This document shows, piece by piece, positions 1 through 8,944 of a stretch of DNA of 64,000 nucleotides. Where the stretch lies: positions 640,001 through 704,000 of the forward strand of contig JBGPIA010000002.1 in the NCBI GenBank assembly GCA_041484665.1, read 5' to 3'. Both the position numbers and the translations under genes were made by a program. Position 1 is the stretch's first letter. Each line of letters starts with the position of its first letter. Source of the DNA: Candidatus Krumholzibacteriia bacterium. GTDB lineage: Bacteria > Krumholzibacteriota > Krumholzibacteriia > JAJRXK01. A model generated the notes under the pieces. The model was given only the letters and a program-made list of their open reading frames with translations. It made no database searches and was not told the origin of the DNA.

Positions 1-1623
1 GAACGCCGACTCCCAACCCGGCTCGATGCGCACCTGCTCGGCGAGCGCCCCGCGCACGCGCCGCCGGGTGGTCTCGGCCTTGAGCAGGCGGGCGGTACCC
101 GTGCGGTAGCCTTCGTACTCCTTGGCGATGCGCTGGGCGATCTCGAGCCGGCTCTCCGCGCGCGCCAGCTCGTCGTTGGCAGCCGCGCGCGCCTCCAGCG
201 CCTGCTCGAGCTGCTCCTCGGCCTGCGCCTCCGCTCGCTGCGCCGCTGCCAGCTCCTGCTCCAGCTGCGTGCGGCGCCGGGCGATCTCCGCGCCGCGGGC
301 CACTGCCGTGGCGCGCGCCTCGTCGTGGCGCGCGCGGCGCGCGCTGGCGTCGGCGAGCTGCGCCGCGATGCCGTCGCGCCGCTCGCACAGGGCGTGCAGT
401 CGCGCCTGGACGGCGGCCACTTCGCTCTTGTGCTCGGCCTCCTCCTGCAGGAAGCCCAAGGAGAGCTGCTGCGCCCGCGCCAACGCGGCCCGCACCTCGT
501 CGTGACGGCGTGTCGCCGCGCGCAGCTCCTCGTCCATGGACTGGGCCTGCCGATCCTGGACCGCCAGGTCCTCCGTGAGCGCCGCGCGCTCGGCCAGCGC
601 CGCCTCGTGCTCGGCCGCGAGCTGCGCCGCGCGCTCGCGCGCCCGCGCCAGCTCCGCGGCGATCTCCTCGCCGCGCCGCCCGCCGCTGTCGGCTTTCTCG
701 CGCAGCACGAGGATCTCGCCCTGCGTCTGCGCCAGGGCGGCCTCGACTTTCGTGAGCTCGTGCTCGCGAGCGCGGCGCTGCGCCTCGAGCTCGTCGATCT
801 CAGGCCGCATCTGCTCCACGCGCACGCGCTGGCGCGCCAGCTCGGCGTCGTCGCCCACGTCCTCGGCGCGCAGCTGCTGCGACCGATCCTGCAGCTGGGC
901 CAGCTCGCGATGCAGTTCGCGGGAGAGATGGTCGGCGCGGATGAGCTCCAGCGCGCGCAGCTCGCCGAACAGGCGCTGGTGGCGCCGCGCCTTGCCCACC
1001 TGCCGGGCCAGGCTGCGCACCTGCGTGGCGATCTCCTCGATGATGTCCTCGACGCGCAGCAGGTCGCGCTCGGTCTGCTCGAGCTTCCGCAGCGCCTCCT
1101 TGCGCTTGACCTTGTAGCGCACCACGCCGGAGCCCTCCTCGAGGATGGTGCGCACCTTGTCCTCGGAGGGGCTCAGCACCTGCCCCACGACCTCCTGCTC
1201 GATGATGGAGTAGGCATTGTTTCCCACGCCGGTATCGTAGAAGAGGTCCTTGATGTCCTTGAGGCGGCAGGGCGCCTTGTTGAGGAAGTAGTCGCTCACG
1301 CCCTCGCGGGTGACGCGGCGGCTGATCGCGACCTCGCTGAACGGCACGCGCAGCTCGCCAGCGATGTCGTCGAACACCAGGCTCACCTCGGCCACCGACA
1401 GCGGCTTGCGCTTCTGCGTGCCCTTGAAAATCACGTCGTCCATGCGCTCGCCGCGCAGCTGCTTGGCGCTCTGCTCGCCCAGCACCCAGCGCACAGCGTC
1501 GACCACGTTGCTCTTGCCGCAGCCGTTGGGCCCCAGAATCGTGGTGACCCCCGTGCGGAAGTCCAGCACGGTGCGGTCCATGAACGACTTGAAGCCGATC
1601 AGCTCCACCCGTCTCAGTCGCAC
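1..1623 (-). CDS. smc: Chromosome segregation protein SMC (5' part; runs off the window edge)
   Basis: Absent from the ORF track; read by hand from GTG at 1623 (AGGAAGG upstream): MRLRRVELIGFKSFMDRTVLDFRTGVTTILGPNGCGKSNVVDAVRWVLGEQSAKQLRG, the SMC N-terminal Walker A signature, followed by coiled coil. Confidence 0.97.
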   Translation of the reverse strand, partial: MRLRRVELIGFKSFMDRTVLDFRTGVTTILGPNGCGKSNVVDAVRWVLGEQSAKQLRGERMDDVIFKGTQKRKPLSVAEVSLVFDDIAGELRVPFSEVAISRRVTREGVSDYFLNKAPCRLKDIKDLFYDTGVGNNAYSIIEQEVVGQVLSPSEDKVRTILEEGSGVVRYKVKRKEALRKLEQTERDLLRVEDIIEEIATQVRSLARQVGKARRHQRLFGELRALELIRADHLSRELHRELAQLQDRSQQLRAEDVGDDAELARQRVRVEQMRPEIDELEAQRRAREHELTKVEAALAQTQGEILVLREKADSGGRRGEEIAAELARARERAAQLAAEHEAALAERAALTEDLAVQDRQAQSMDEELRAATRRHDEVRAALARAQQLSLGFLQEEAEHKSEVAAVQARLHALCERRDGIAAQLADASARRARHDEARATAVARGAEIARRRTQLEQELAAAQRAEAQAEEQLEQALEARAAANDELARAESRLEIAQRIAKEYEGYRTGTARLLKAETTRRRVRGALAEQVRIEPGWESAF

Positions 1624-1744
1624 GCCGTTCCTTCCTGCCAGTCGTGGTTGCCGCCCGGACGGCCCCGGCGCCGCGCGGCGGGGGGCTCGCGTTCCGCGCG
1701 CGCCGCATTCCCAGCGCAGCGCCTACCGCGCGCCGCGCCAGTCG

Positions 1745-3727
1745 CTACTCGATGCGCACGACGCCCACGAAGTCGACGTCGCGCCGCTGCGCGAGCAGCA
1801 CGCGCGCGGCCGTCGCCTGCTTGCGCGTCGGATACTCCCCCACCAGCACGCGGAACCAGCGCCGCCCGGAAACGAGCGCGCTGCGCACGGCGGGTTGCAT
1901 TCCCTCGTTGGCCAGCTTCACCGAGGCCGCCACCGCCTCCATCGAGTCTGGGAAGCTCCACAGGTGCAGCGCATAGCCCTGCCCCGGCGCGAGCTTGAGC
2001 AGCTGCTCGAGCACCGAACGCTCCGCCTCAGAGAGCGTGCTGGCCGGCCCGTTGGGGGCGCGGGACGCGGCCGCGGATCCGTCGGCCGCCGTCTGGGCCG
2101 CGCTGGAGATGGACGACGCTGCGGCCCCGGTCGCCGTAGATGGCCCGGAGGGGGTGGCCGGCGCGGAGTTCGCACTGCTCGCTGCGGGCGCCGGGCTTGC
2201 CGGCGCGGCCGCGGCGCCCGCCCCCCCTGGCGCGGCGTCGGCTCCCTTCGCGCTTGCCGGTGTGCCGGCCGGTGGCTTGGGGATCTCCTCCTCGGGGAAC
2301 GCTTCCTCGGCGTCGTGGGCGCGCGACGCGGGTCCCGCGACCTCGGGGCCCGCAGCCTCCCCCTCGGAGCCCTGCGCCTGCGCCTCGGCTCCGGGCGGGG
2401 GCGACGCGGTCTCGCCGCCGGCGGCCGGCGCCTGCGGGCCCACGACCCGCGTGGCCGACGGCTGCGTGCCTGCGGTCCTGTGCCCGCCGCGCTCCACGAG
2501 CATCCACCACCCGACGAAGCTCAGCAGGAGCATGGCCATCGCGAGAGTCAGCACGCGGAAGAAGGGGCTCGACGCCGCCGGCTTCCGCGCTGGCGCGGGG
2601 TGCCCGTCGGAGGAGACCGGGCCCTCGCTGGCCGGCTCCCCGAGCTCGGCGTGCGCACCGCTGCGCGGCCTAAACGGCGGCGTGGCGTGACCGGCATCGC
2701 CCGGGGCGGCATCCGCTGCGGTGTCCGCCGCGGCGTCGACTGCAGCTGCTCGCGGGTGCGCGCGCGGCTCGGCCTGCAGCGGTGCTTTGCCCGCAGACCG
2801 GTCGTCTGCGTCGGCGAACGCCTCGGCCGATGCCAGAGTCGCACCGAACGCGGAGCGCGGCGCCTGCGCGCGCGCTGCGCCAGGCGTCAGGTCGGGTGAC
2901 GCCGCCGGGGGCGCCGGACGCGCCGGGCGCGTGAACGCTACGACGCCCTGCAGCGGGATGCTGAGCCCACGCAGGTAGCGAACGGTGGGCTCGAGCAGCT
3001 CCTCGGATGGATCGCGCAACGTGACCGCCAGCAGGACACCGTCGACGTAGGCGAACAGCGGATTGTAGGTGCCGTCCGCCAGGCGCGTCGGGGCGACCAG
3101 CAGCACGAACGCGGCAAAGGCACGCAGCTGCGCCAACGCATGGCGGAGCTCGTCGTCGCTGCAAGGATCGCCCTCATCTGGCCAGAACGACCCCACGCCC
3201 ACCAGGCCCACGCCCTGGATCCCCACGTCCTGCGTGCTCGAGCGCAGGGAGGCGCCGTAGCGGGCCATGTCGATCAGGCCCACGTGGTCCTCCTGCCCCA
3301 GCGCGGCGCTCAGGTGCCCTTGGCGGAAATCGGCATCCACCAACAGCACGCGGTGCTGCGCCCCGGCTAGCAGGCGGGCGATCTGCGCGGCCACGAATGC
3401 GCGCGCCTGCGCGGTGGGCTGGTCGTCGCCGACCAGGAGCACGCACCCGTGGCCGGGCTGTGGCGCGAGGCGCAGCCCCTGCGCAACGCGGCGCAGCTCG
3501 CTGCCCAGAGCCTCGTCGCGCAGCGCCGCCGCGCCACCCAACCGATCCGGCCCCACCGGCGAGTAGACGAGCGGGTAGAAGCCGTCCTCGCCATTGGAGA
3601 GCAGGTCGCGGATGCGGACCTGCTCGGAACCGTCGGGCAGGGAGGGCCCGGACTGCGGCGTGGGCGGCGTTGTGCCCTGCGCATGCCCGGCGTCGCGCTG
3701 CAGCCCGGAGTCCCGCGGTCCGTTCAT
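1745..3727 (-). CDS. SPOR-domain membrane protein with a degenerate N-terminal CpsD/CapB/MinD-like P-loop domain
   Basis: N-terminal VAAQIARLLAGAQHRVLLVDADFR; central TM helix (VLTLAMAMLLLSFVGWWML); Ala/Pro linker; C-terminal YALHLWSF...WFRVLVGEYPTRKQA typical of SPOR. Confidence 0.75.
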   Translation of the reverse strand: MNGPRDSGLQRDAGHAQGTTPPTPQSGPSLPDGSEQVRIRDLLSNGEDGFYPLVYSPVGPDRLGGAAALRDEALGSELRRVAQGLRLAPQPGHGCVLLVGDDQPTAQARAFVAAQIARLLAGAQHRVLLVDADFRQGHLSAALGQEDHVGLIDMARYGASLRSSTQDVGIQGVGLVGVGSFWPDEGDPCSDDELRHALAQLRAFAAFVLLVAPTRLADGTYNPLFAYVDGVLLAVTLRDPSEELLEPTVRYLRGLSIPLQGVVAFTRPARPAPPAASPDLTPGAARAQAPRSAFGATLASAEAFADADDRSAGKAPLQAEPRAHPRAAAVDAAADTAADAAPGDAGHATPPFRPRSGAHAELGEPASEGPVSSDGHPAPARKPAASSPFFRVLTLAMAMLLLSFVGWWMLVERGGHRTAGTQPSATRVVGPQAPAAGGETASPPPGAEAQAQGSEGEAAGPEVAGPASRAHDAEEAFPEEEIPKPPAGTPASAKGADAAPGGAGAAAAPASPAPAASSANSAPATPSGPSTATGAAASSISSAAQTAADGSAAASRAPNGPASTLSEAERSVLEQLLKLAPGQGYALHLWSFPDSMEAVAASVKLANEGMQPAVRSALVSGRRWFRVLVGEYPTRKQATAARVLLAQRRDVDFVGVVRIE

Positions 3728-5157
3728 GGAGTGGCCTCCCAGCCGCGCCAGATCTCGTGGATGCGTGTGCCGATCTGCACGAGCTCCTCCTCCGACGGCG
3801 TCCGCACGTCGACGCGCACCGCGCCGCCGCCGATCCGCGTCAGGACGTGCGGCGGATCGCGCCGCAGCGCGTGGTGCAAGCGCTCCGCGTCCTGCGCGAC
3901 CGGCCCCGCCACGGCCACTTCGATGCCGGGCAGCGGCTGCTCCGCGAAGCTGCCCCCACCCACGGCGCCCACCGACCGCTCGACCGCCACGCTCCAGCCC
4001 GCGGGCAGCGCGGGCGCGAGCGCCGCGGCAAGACGCCGGGCGCGCCGCCGCAGCACCGTCGCCGTGAGGGCCAGGGCGTCGAAGAGGGGCAGGTCCGGGC
4101 GGCGGTCCGGGGCTGCATACGCGACGAGCGTCGCCTCGAGCGCCGCCAGGGTGAGCTTGTCGACGCGCAGGGCCCGCATCATCGGGTGCTGCGCGAGGCG
4201 CGCGACGAGGGTGGCTTCACCGATCAACAGCCCGGCCTGCGGGCCGCCCAGGAGCTTGTCGCCGCTGAAGGTGACCAGGTGCGCCCCCGCGGCCAGCGCC
4301 GAGGCAAGGGGCGCCTCCCCCGTCAGTCCGAACTCCGCGAAGTTATAGAGGGATCCGCTCCCGGCGTCAAAGATCAATCGCGCGCCGCGCTCCCGGCACA
4401 GGCGCGCGAGGCCGGCGAGCTCGACCTCCTCCACGTAACCCTCGATGCGGTAATTGCTCGGGTGGACCTTGACCGCCACGTCGCCGTCCCGCAGCGCCGC
4501 GGCGTAGTCGGACAGGCGTGTCCGGTTGGTCGTGCCGACCTCGACTACGTTGGCGCGGGTGGCGCGCAGCAAATCGGGCATGCGGAAGCTGCCGCCGATG
4601 GCCACCAGCTCTCCGCGGGAGATCACCGCGCGGCGGCCGCTGGCGAGACCCTGCACGGCGAGCCACAGCGCGGCCGCGTTGTTGTTCACCACCAGACCGG
4701 CCTGCGCGCCGGTGAGCAGGCAGAGCCAGCGCTCCACGCGGTCGTGGCGGCGCCCACGCTCGCCGTGCTGCAGGTCGATCTCCAGTGCGACGGGCGCGCG
4801 CGCCACCCGCACCAACTCGTCGACCGCCATCGGCGAGAGGCACGCGCGGCCCAGATTCGTGTGCAGGACTACGCCGGTGGCATTGATGGTGTTGACGAGC
4901 TTGGGCGTCCGCAACTGCTCGGCAGCCTCTCGCACGCGCAGCTCGACGGCGCGCAGCAGAGCCGCTCGCGCGGGAGGATCCTGCCCGTAGCGTTGCCGCA
5001 GCCCCTTGCCGTGCGCGAGGAGCTCCCGCTCCTGTGCGAGCGCTTCGCGGGCGAGCGCCACCACGATCTCGCGCCGGAGGCGGCGGCAGAGCCCCCGGAC
5101 AGCCTGGCGAGCGAGGACTTCGTTGAGGGGCGGGAGGTTCCGCCCGGGATGGCTCAT
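3724..5157 (-). CDS. selA: L-seryl-tRNA(Sec) selenium transferase
   Basis: INATGVVLHTNLGRA, VVNNNAAA, SRGELVAIGGSFRMPD, EVGTTNRT, FSGDKLLGGPQAG, RALRVDK motifs; start moved to ATG 5157. Confidence 0.96.
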   Translation of the reverse strand: MSHPGRNLPPLNEVLARQAVRGLCRRLRREIVVALAREALAQERELLAHGKGLRQRYGQDPPARAALLRAVELRVREAAEQLRTPKLVNTINATGVVLHTNLGRACLSPMAVDELVRVARAPVALEIDLQHGERGRRHDRVERWLCLLTGAQAGLVVNNNAAALWLAVQGLASGRRAVISRGELVAIGGSFRMPDLLRATRANVVEVGTTNRTRLSDYAAALRDGDVAVKVHPSNYRIEGYVEEVELAGLARLCRERGARLIFDAGSGSLYNFAEFGLTGEAPLASALAAGAHLVTFSGDKLLGGPQAGLLIGEATLVARLAQHPMMRALRVDKLTLAALEATLVAYAAPDRRPDLPLFDALALTATVLRRRARRLAAALAPALPAGWSVAVERSVGAVGGGSFAEQPLPGIEVAVAGPVAQDAERLHHALRRDPPHVLTRIGGGAVRVDVRTPSEEELVQIGTRIHEIWRGWEATP

Positions 5158-5196
5158 GGTGCTTCTCTTGCTGAGCAGGCCGGACGAAGCGGCGCC

Positions 5197-5225
5197 ACCG
5201 TAGCATGCCGGCACACGAGCGTCAA
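5197..5225 (-). promoter_or_regulatory. Sigma70-type promoter for selA
   Basis: Minus strand TTGACG-17 bp-TACGGT with a TGn extension. Confidence 0.55.
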
Positions 5226-5236
5226 ATCGGGGCGCG

Positions 5237-5265
5237 TTGACGCAGCGCGGCGCGGCCGGTAGCTT
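5237..5265 (+). promoter_or_regulatory. Sigma70-type promoter for the TonB-family gene
   Basis: TTGACG-17 bp-TAGCTT. Confidence 0.55.
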
Positions 5266-5300
5266 GCTCAGGGAAGCACTCAATGGGCAGGAAGGCGGTC

Positions 5301-6083
5301 ATGGGCACCTGGCGACCCGCGTACCGCGAGGGGTACGGTCGCCGGATGGCCCTGGCCGTGGCGCTGAGCTGCGTCGCGCTGGGCGCAGCGCCCTTCCTGC
5401 GCCTCAGCGCTGGGTGCTCCGGTCGGGGGACGGCCCGCAGCGTCGCGGGGCACACCGGCGCCCAGGGCGAGTTGCGCCTGCTGCCCGAGATCAACCTGGC
5501 GCACGCTGACGACGCGGTCACGCGCTGGCGTCAGCAGTCGATGGCCCGGGCCAGCCGCGGCGTGGATGTGCAGGTGGCGACCAAACCCGTCTCGACCGCG
5601 GCCACCCCGCCGGCGACCGCGCCCGACGCCACGACGCCGGATGCAGCCGCCCCTCCACCACGCGGCTTGCCACGCGCGGACGTGACCTGGCAGCAGCTGA
5701 TCGCGCCGACCGAACCGACCGGGCGGGAGGCCCGGACCCAGGTCGAGCTGAACCGCCCCAGCCAGCAGTCCCTCGAGTTCGTCCTCGTGAAGTTCGTCCG
5801 CCCGCGCTATCCGCAGGGCGTACCGGCGGCGCTCTTGATGCGTCGGATCGTCGTGCACGCGGCGATGTACGTGGGCACAGACGGCCGTGTCAGCGACGCA
5901 TACGTGATCCGCAGCGAGGGCGGCCCGCCATTCGACCGGGAGGTACTGTCGGCCATCCGCCAGTGGGAGTACCGCCCGCTGGTGGTGGACCGCGCTCCGC
6001 AGCCATTCTGGGACCAGATCAAAGTCACCTTCGTCGGCGTGCCGAGCGGCAAGGGCTCATCTGAGCCGAGTCCCGGGGGCTGA
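5301..6083 (+). CDS. TonB C-terminal domain protein (possible lipoprotein)
   Basis: Hydrophobic N-terminus ending LSAGC, Pro/Thr linker, PRYPQ...VGTDGRVSDAYVIRSEG.PPFDREVLSAIRQWEYRP; AGGAAGG precedes ATG 5301. Confidence 0.75.
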   Translation: MGTWRPAYREGYGRRMALAVALSCVALGAAPFLRLSAGCSGRGTARSVAGHTGAQGELRLLPEINLAHADDAVTRWRQQSMARASRGVDVQVATKPVSTAATPPATAPDATTPDAAAPPPRGLPRADVTWQQLIAPTEPTGREARTQVELNRPSQQSLEFVLVKFVRPRYPQGVPAALLMRRIVVHAAMYVGTDGRVSDAYVIRSEGGPPFDREVLSAIRQWEYRPLVVDRAPQPFWDQIKVTFVGVPSGKGSSEPSPGG

Positions 6084-6090
6084 GCGCGCC

Positions 6091-7641
6091 TCAGTGCCCT
6101 CCCGTCGGTTCGCGCTGCTGCGGCTCGGCTCCGCCCGCGCCGGCCGGTTTTGACCGCGGGAAGGCGCCGATCGGGAACGGCACGATCGCGCCGCCGTCGA
6201 GCACGCGCAGCGCGGCCAGCCGGGTGTCGCCGCCGGGCTGCTCGCCCTGGCTCTCGCGCTCGCGCTGCTCGAGGGCGTCGCGCAGCGCGCCGCGGGTGCG
6301 CGCCCCGCCGGCCAGCCCTTCGAGGATCCAGGCAGTTGCGAGATAGGTCTTGAGCGCGAACGGGCTCGCGGGGTCGTCGCCGTGGGCCCGGCGCCAGGCG
6401 GCGTCGAAACGGTCGCGCTGCGCCGGCGACATCAGGGCCGTCTCTCCGGGAACCACGGCGCGGTCCAGATCGGCCGCCAGCTCGGCGGCCAGCGGAGCGC
6501 TGCTCCAGCTGCTGGGCCCCAGCAGCTGCACCTCGAGCTGGTAGAAGGTCAATTGCGGAGCGATGAGCCGCAGCTGGACTGGGCCGCACGGTAGGAAGAG
6601 TGCCTCGGGCGCCGCGGCGCGCAGGCGGCGCACGATCTCCTTGAAATCGGTCACGTCGCGCTCGAAGCCCTCCCGCGCGACGATGCGCCCGCCCCGGCGC
6701 TCGATCTCGCGCTGGAACATGTCGGCGGCGGCGCGCCCCTCGTCGTCGTCGGGGTGCAGCACGGCGAAACGGCGCTTGAGCAGCTTCTCGGTGGCTGCGC
6801 GCGCCAGCAGGCTCGTCTCGTAGGCCGAGGTGAGGTTGGTCTGGAAGACGTACCCGCCGATGTCGGAGATGGTCGCCTGCGTCGCGGTCGGCGAGACCAG
6901 CGGCACGGAGCGCTCCTGGCACACCGCGGCGGCGGCGATGGTGGTCGACGACAGAAGCTCGCCGACGACCGCCACCACGCCCTGCGCGTCGATCAGCTCG
7001 CGCGCGCCCAGCACCGCTCGCACGCCATCGCCGGCCGTGTCGCGCGACACCAGCTCCACTGGCTCGGCCGAGCCCTGGTCGTGCTCCTGCACGGCGATGC
7101 GCGCCCCTTCGACCATCGCCTGCCCCAGCGCCGCGTACTCGCCGGTCAGCGGGCAGAGCAGCCCCAGGCGCGCGCCGGAGGGCGCCGCCGCGGGCGGGCC
7201 CGCCGGTGGTCCGGGCACGGAGGTACGGCCCTGCAGCGCCGCCAGCAGCGCCTGGGCCGTGACCGCGCGCGCGTCGTTGGGGTAGCGCCGGACCAGCTCC
7301 TGCGCCAGGGCGGCCGCGCCGCGATCGTCGCCGGCCGCGCGGGCCGCGCGCGCGCCCAGCAGCAGCACGTCGCTCTCCTGCGGCGCCCCCGGGAATGCAT
7401 CCAGCCACCGCAGGGCGAGGTCCTGTGCCTGGGCGTGGCTGCCGGCGACCACCGCGGCCAGCAGCTCGTCGTAGCGGCGTGCGGCCTGCGCGCTCTGCTC
7501 GCGGGAGTGTGCCGGTGGGCTCGCGGCCGTGCCGCGCGGCCCGCCGCAGCCGGCGGCGGCCAGTCCGGCCAGGGCAGCCAGCGCGAAGCGCCGCGCGCCG
7601 CGTACGCCCGTGCGCCGCCGCGTCACGGCATCACCGCGCAT
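6091..7641 (-). CDS. Lipoprotein with TPR-like N-terminus and type I periplasmic-binding fold (LpoA/LppC or Liv-like)
   Basis: Lipobox LAAAGC; LGLLCPLTGEYAALGQ...VVGELLS...VPLVSPTAT. Confidence 0.8.
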   Translation of the reverse strand: MRGDAVTRRRTGVRGARRFALAALAGLAAAGCGGPRGTAASPPAHSREQSAQAARRYDELLAAVVAGSHAQAQDLALRWLDAFPGAPQESDVLLLGARAARAAGDDRGAAALAQELVRRYPNDARAVTAQALLAALQGRTSVPGPPAGPPAAAPSGARLGLLCPLTGEYAALGQAMVEGARIAVQEHDQGSAEPVELVSRDTAGDGVRAVLGARELIDAQGVVAVVGELLSSTTIAAAAVCQERSVPLVSPTATQATISDIGGYVFQTNLTSAYETSLLARAATEKLLKRRFAVLHPDDDEGRAAADMFQREIERRGGRIVAREGFERDVTDFKEIVRRLRAAAPEALFLPCGPVQLRLIAPQLTFYQLEVQLLGPSSWSSAPLAAELAADLDRAVVPGETALMSPAQRDRFDAAWRRAHGDDPASPFALKTYLATAWILEGLAGGARTRGALRDALEQRERESQGEQPGGDTRLAALRVLDGGAIVPFPIGAFPRSKPAGAGGAEPQQREPTGGH

Positions 7642-8158
7642 GGGATCCGCGCAGATGCTCAAGGGCGAGCTCACGGTACTGCTGTGCATGGGCGAGGCGG
7701 GCTTGACGATTGGCGGTTTCCAGTTCGCGCTTGACCGTCGCCGGGACCCCCGCCACCAGCGTATCGGGCGGGATGAGCATCCGTTCGGGGACGACGGAGC
7801 CCGCGGCCACGATCGAATAGCTGCCGACAACCGCGCGGTCGAGCAACACGCTCTTCATCCCCACCAGGGCCCCCTCCTCGACGTGCGCCCCATGAATCAC
7901 GGCATGGTGCCCCACCGACACGTCGTGGCCGAGCACCACGGTGCTCTGATCGGTCGTGGCGTGGAGCATGCAGCCATCTTGGATGTTGCTGCCGCGCCCG
8001 ACGCGGATCGCTCCGCAGTCGCCGCGCAGGACGCTGCCCCACCAGACCGAGACGCCGTCCTCCAGGGTCACGTCGCCGATCACCACGACGTCGTCGGCAA
8101 GGTACACGCCGGCGCCGATGCGCGGGACCAGGCCGCGGTAGGCGCGGACGATCGCCAT
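7631..8158 (-). CDS. Gamma carbonic anhydrase family protein (YrdA-like)
   Basis: VIGDVTL..VW.GSVLRGD..IRVG..SNIQDGCMLH...VGHHAVIHG hexapeptide repeats with metal-binding His. Confidence 0.92.
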   Translation of the reverse strand: MAIVRAYRGLVPRIGAGVYLADDVVVIGDVTLEDGVSVWWGSVLRGDCGAIRVGRGSNIQDGCMLHATTDQSTVVLGHDVSVGHHAVIHGAHVEEGALVGMKSVLLDRAVVGSYSIVAAGSVVPERMLIPPDTLVAGVPATVKRELETANRQARLAHAQQYRELALEHLRGSHAR

Positions 8159-8805
8159 CAGGGCTGCTCCTCGTCGTCTTGCTCGTCAGGCGGGTCGGGC
8201 ACCACGGGGCCGCCGGGCGCAGCGGGCCCGGGCGGGTCGGGGACGCTTGGGTCGTTCTCCGCGCCGCCCTCGGGCGCATCCCCACCCAAGAGCGCGGTGA
8301 GGTCACCCGTCGGCGCGTCCGCCGACTTCGACTCGATCTGCTTGAGCATCTTGTCGATCCCGCCGGCCGCGGCCTCGTCGCCGCCGAGCAGGTCGTGATC
8401 GAGCTGCAGCAGGCTGATCTGCTGGCTGGCGAGCAGCTCCTTGCTCAGGTAGATCGGGCAGCGCGCGCGTAGCGCCAGGGCCACCGAGTCGCTCGGCCGG
8501 GCGTCGATGGCGATGATCTCGTGGCCGCGGGTGATGAAGATCTTGGCGAAGAACGTGTTGTCCTTCAGCGCGGTGATGATGACGCGAGAGACGGTCCCGC
8601 CCAGACCGTCGACGATCTGCTTGAGCAGGTCGTGGGTGAGGGGGCGCTCGAAGTTGCGCTTGCGCAACACCATGTCGATGGCGGTGGCCTCGGACGGGCC
8701 GATCCAGATCGGCAGGTAGTGCTGGGTGTTGGGCACCTTCAGCAGCAGCACCGGGCTGCCGCTCTTCTTGTCCACCACCATCCCGCCGACTTTGACTTCG
8801 ATCAT
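8158..8805 (-). CDS. Bifunctional nuclease family protein (DUF151)
   Basis: LPIWIGPSEATAI, RPLTHDL, IDARPSDSVALALR. Confidence 0.92.
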   Translation of the reverse strand: MIEVKVGGMVVDKKSGSPVLLLKVPNTQHYLPIWIGPSEATAIDMVLRKRNFERPLTHDLLKQIVDGLGGTVSRVIITALKDNTFFAKIFITRGHEIIAIDARPSDSVALALRARCPIYLSKELLASQQISLLQLDHDLLGGDEAAAGGIDKMLKQIESKSADAPTGDLTALLGGDAPEGGAENDPSVPDPPGPAAPGGPVVPDPPDEQDDEEQP

Positions 8806-8861
8806 TCCTCCCCCAGGCCGCGGCGGCCGCCGGTCCGCAGCGGACCGGCGGGCCAGAAGGC

Positions 8862-8890
8862 AATATACCCGAGGGCCTCCAAGCGGGCAA
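8862..8890 (-). promoter_or_regulatory. Sigma70-type promoter for the DUF151 operon
   Basis: TTGCCC-17 bp-TATATT on the minus strand. Confidence 0.55.
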
Positions 8891-8944
8891 TCGCGCGCGC
8901 CGGCGCCAGGAGCGCGGGCGTCGCGCCGACGCCTTGCGAACGCG

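Noticed and set aside
325..1998. Long plus-strand ORFs (557 aa here; also 3397-5262, 22385-24871, 29936-32305, 36410-38563, 50540-52594)
   Set aside because: Antisense shadows of clear minus-strand genes; high GC suppresses stop codons and the translations carry no recognisable motifs.
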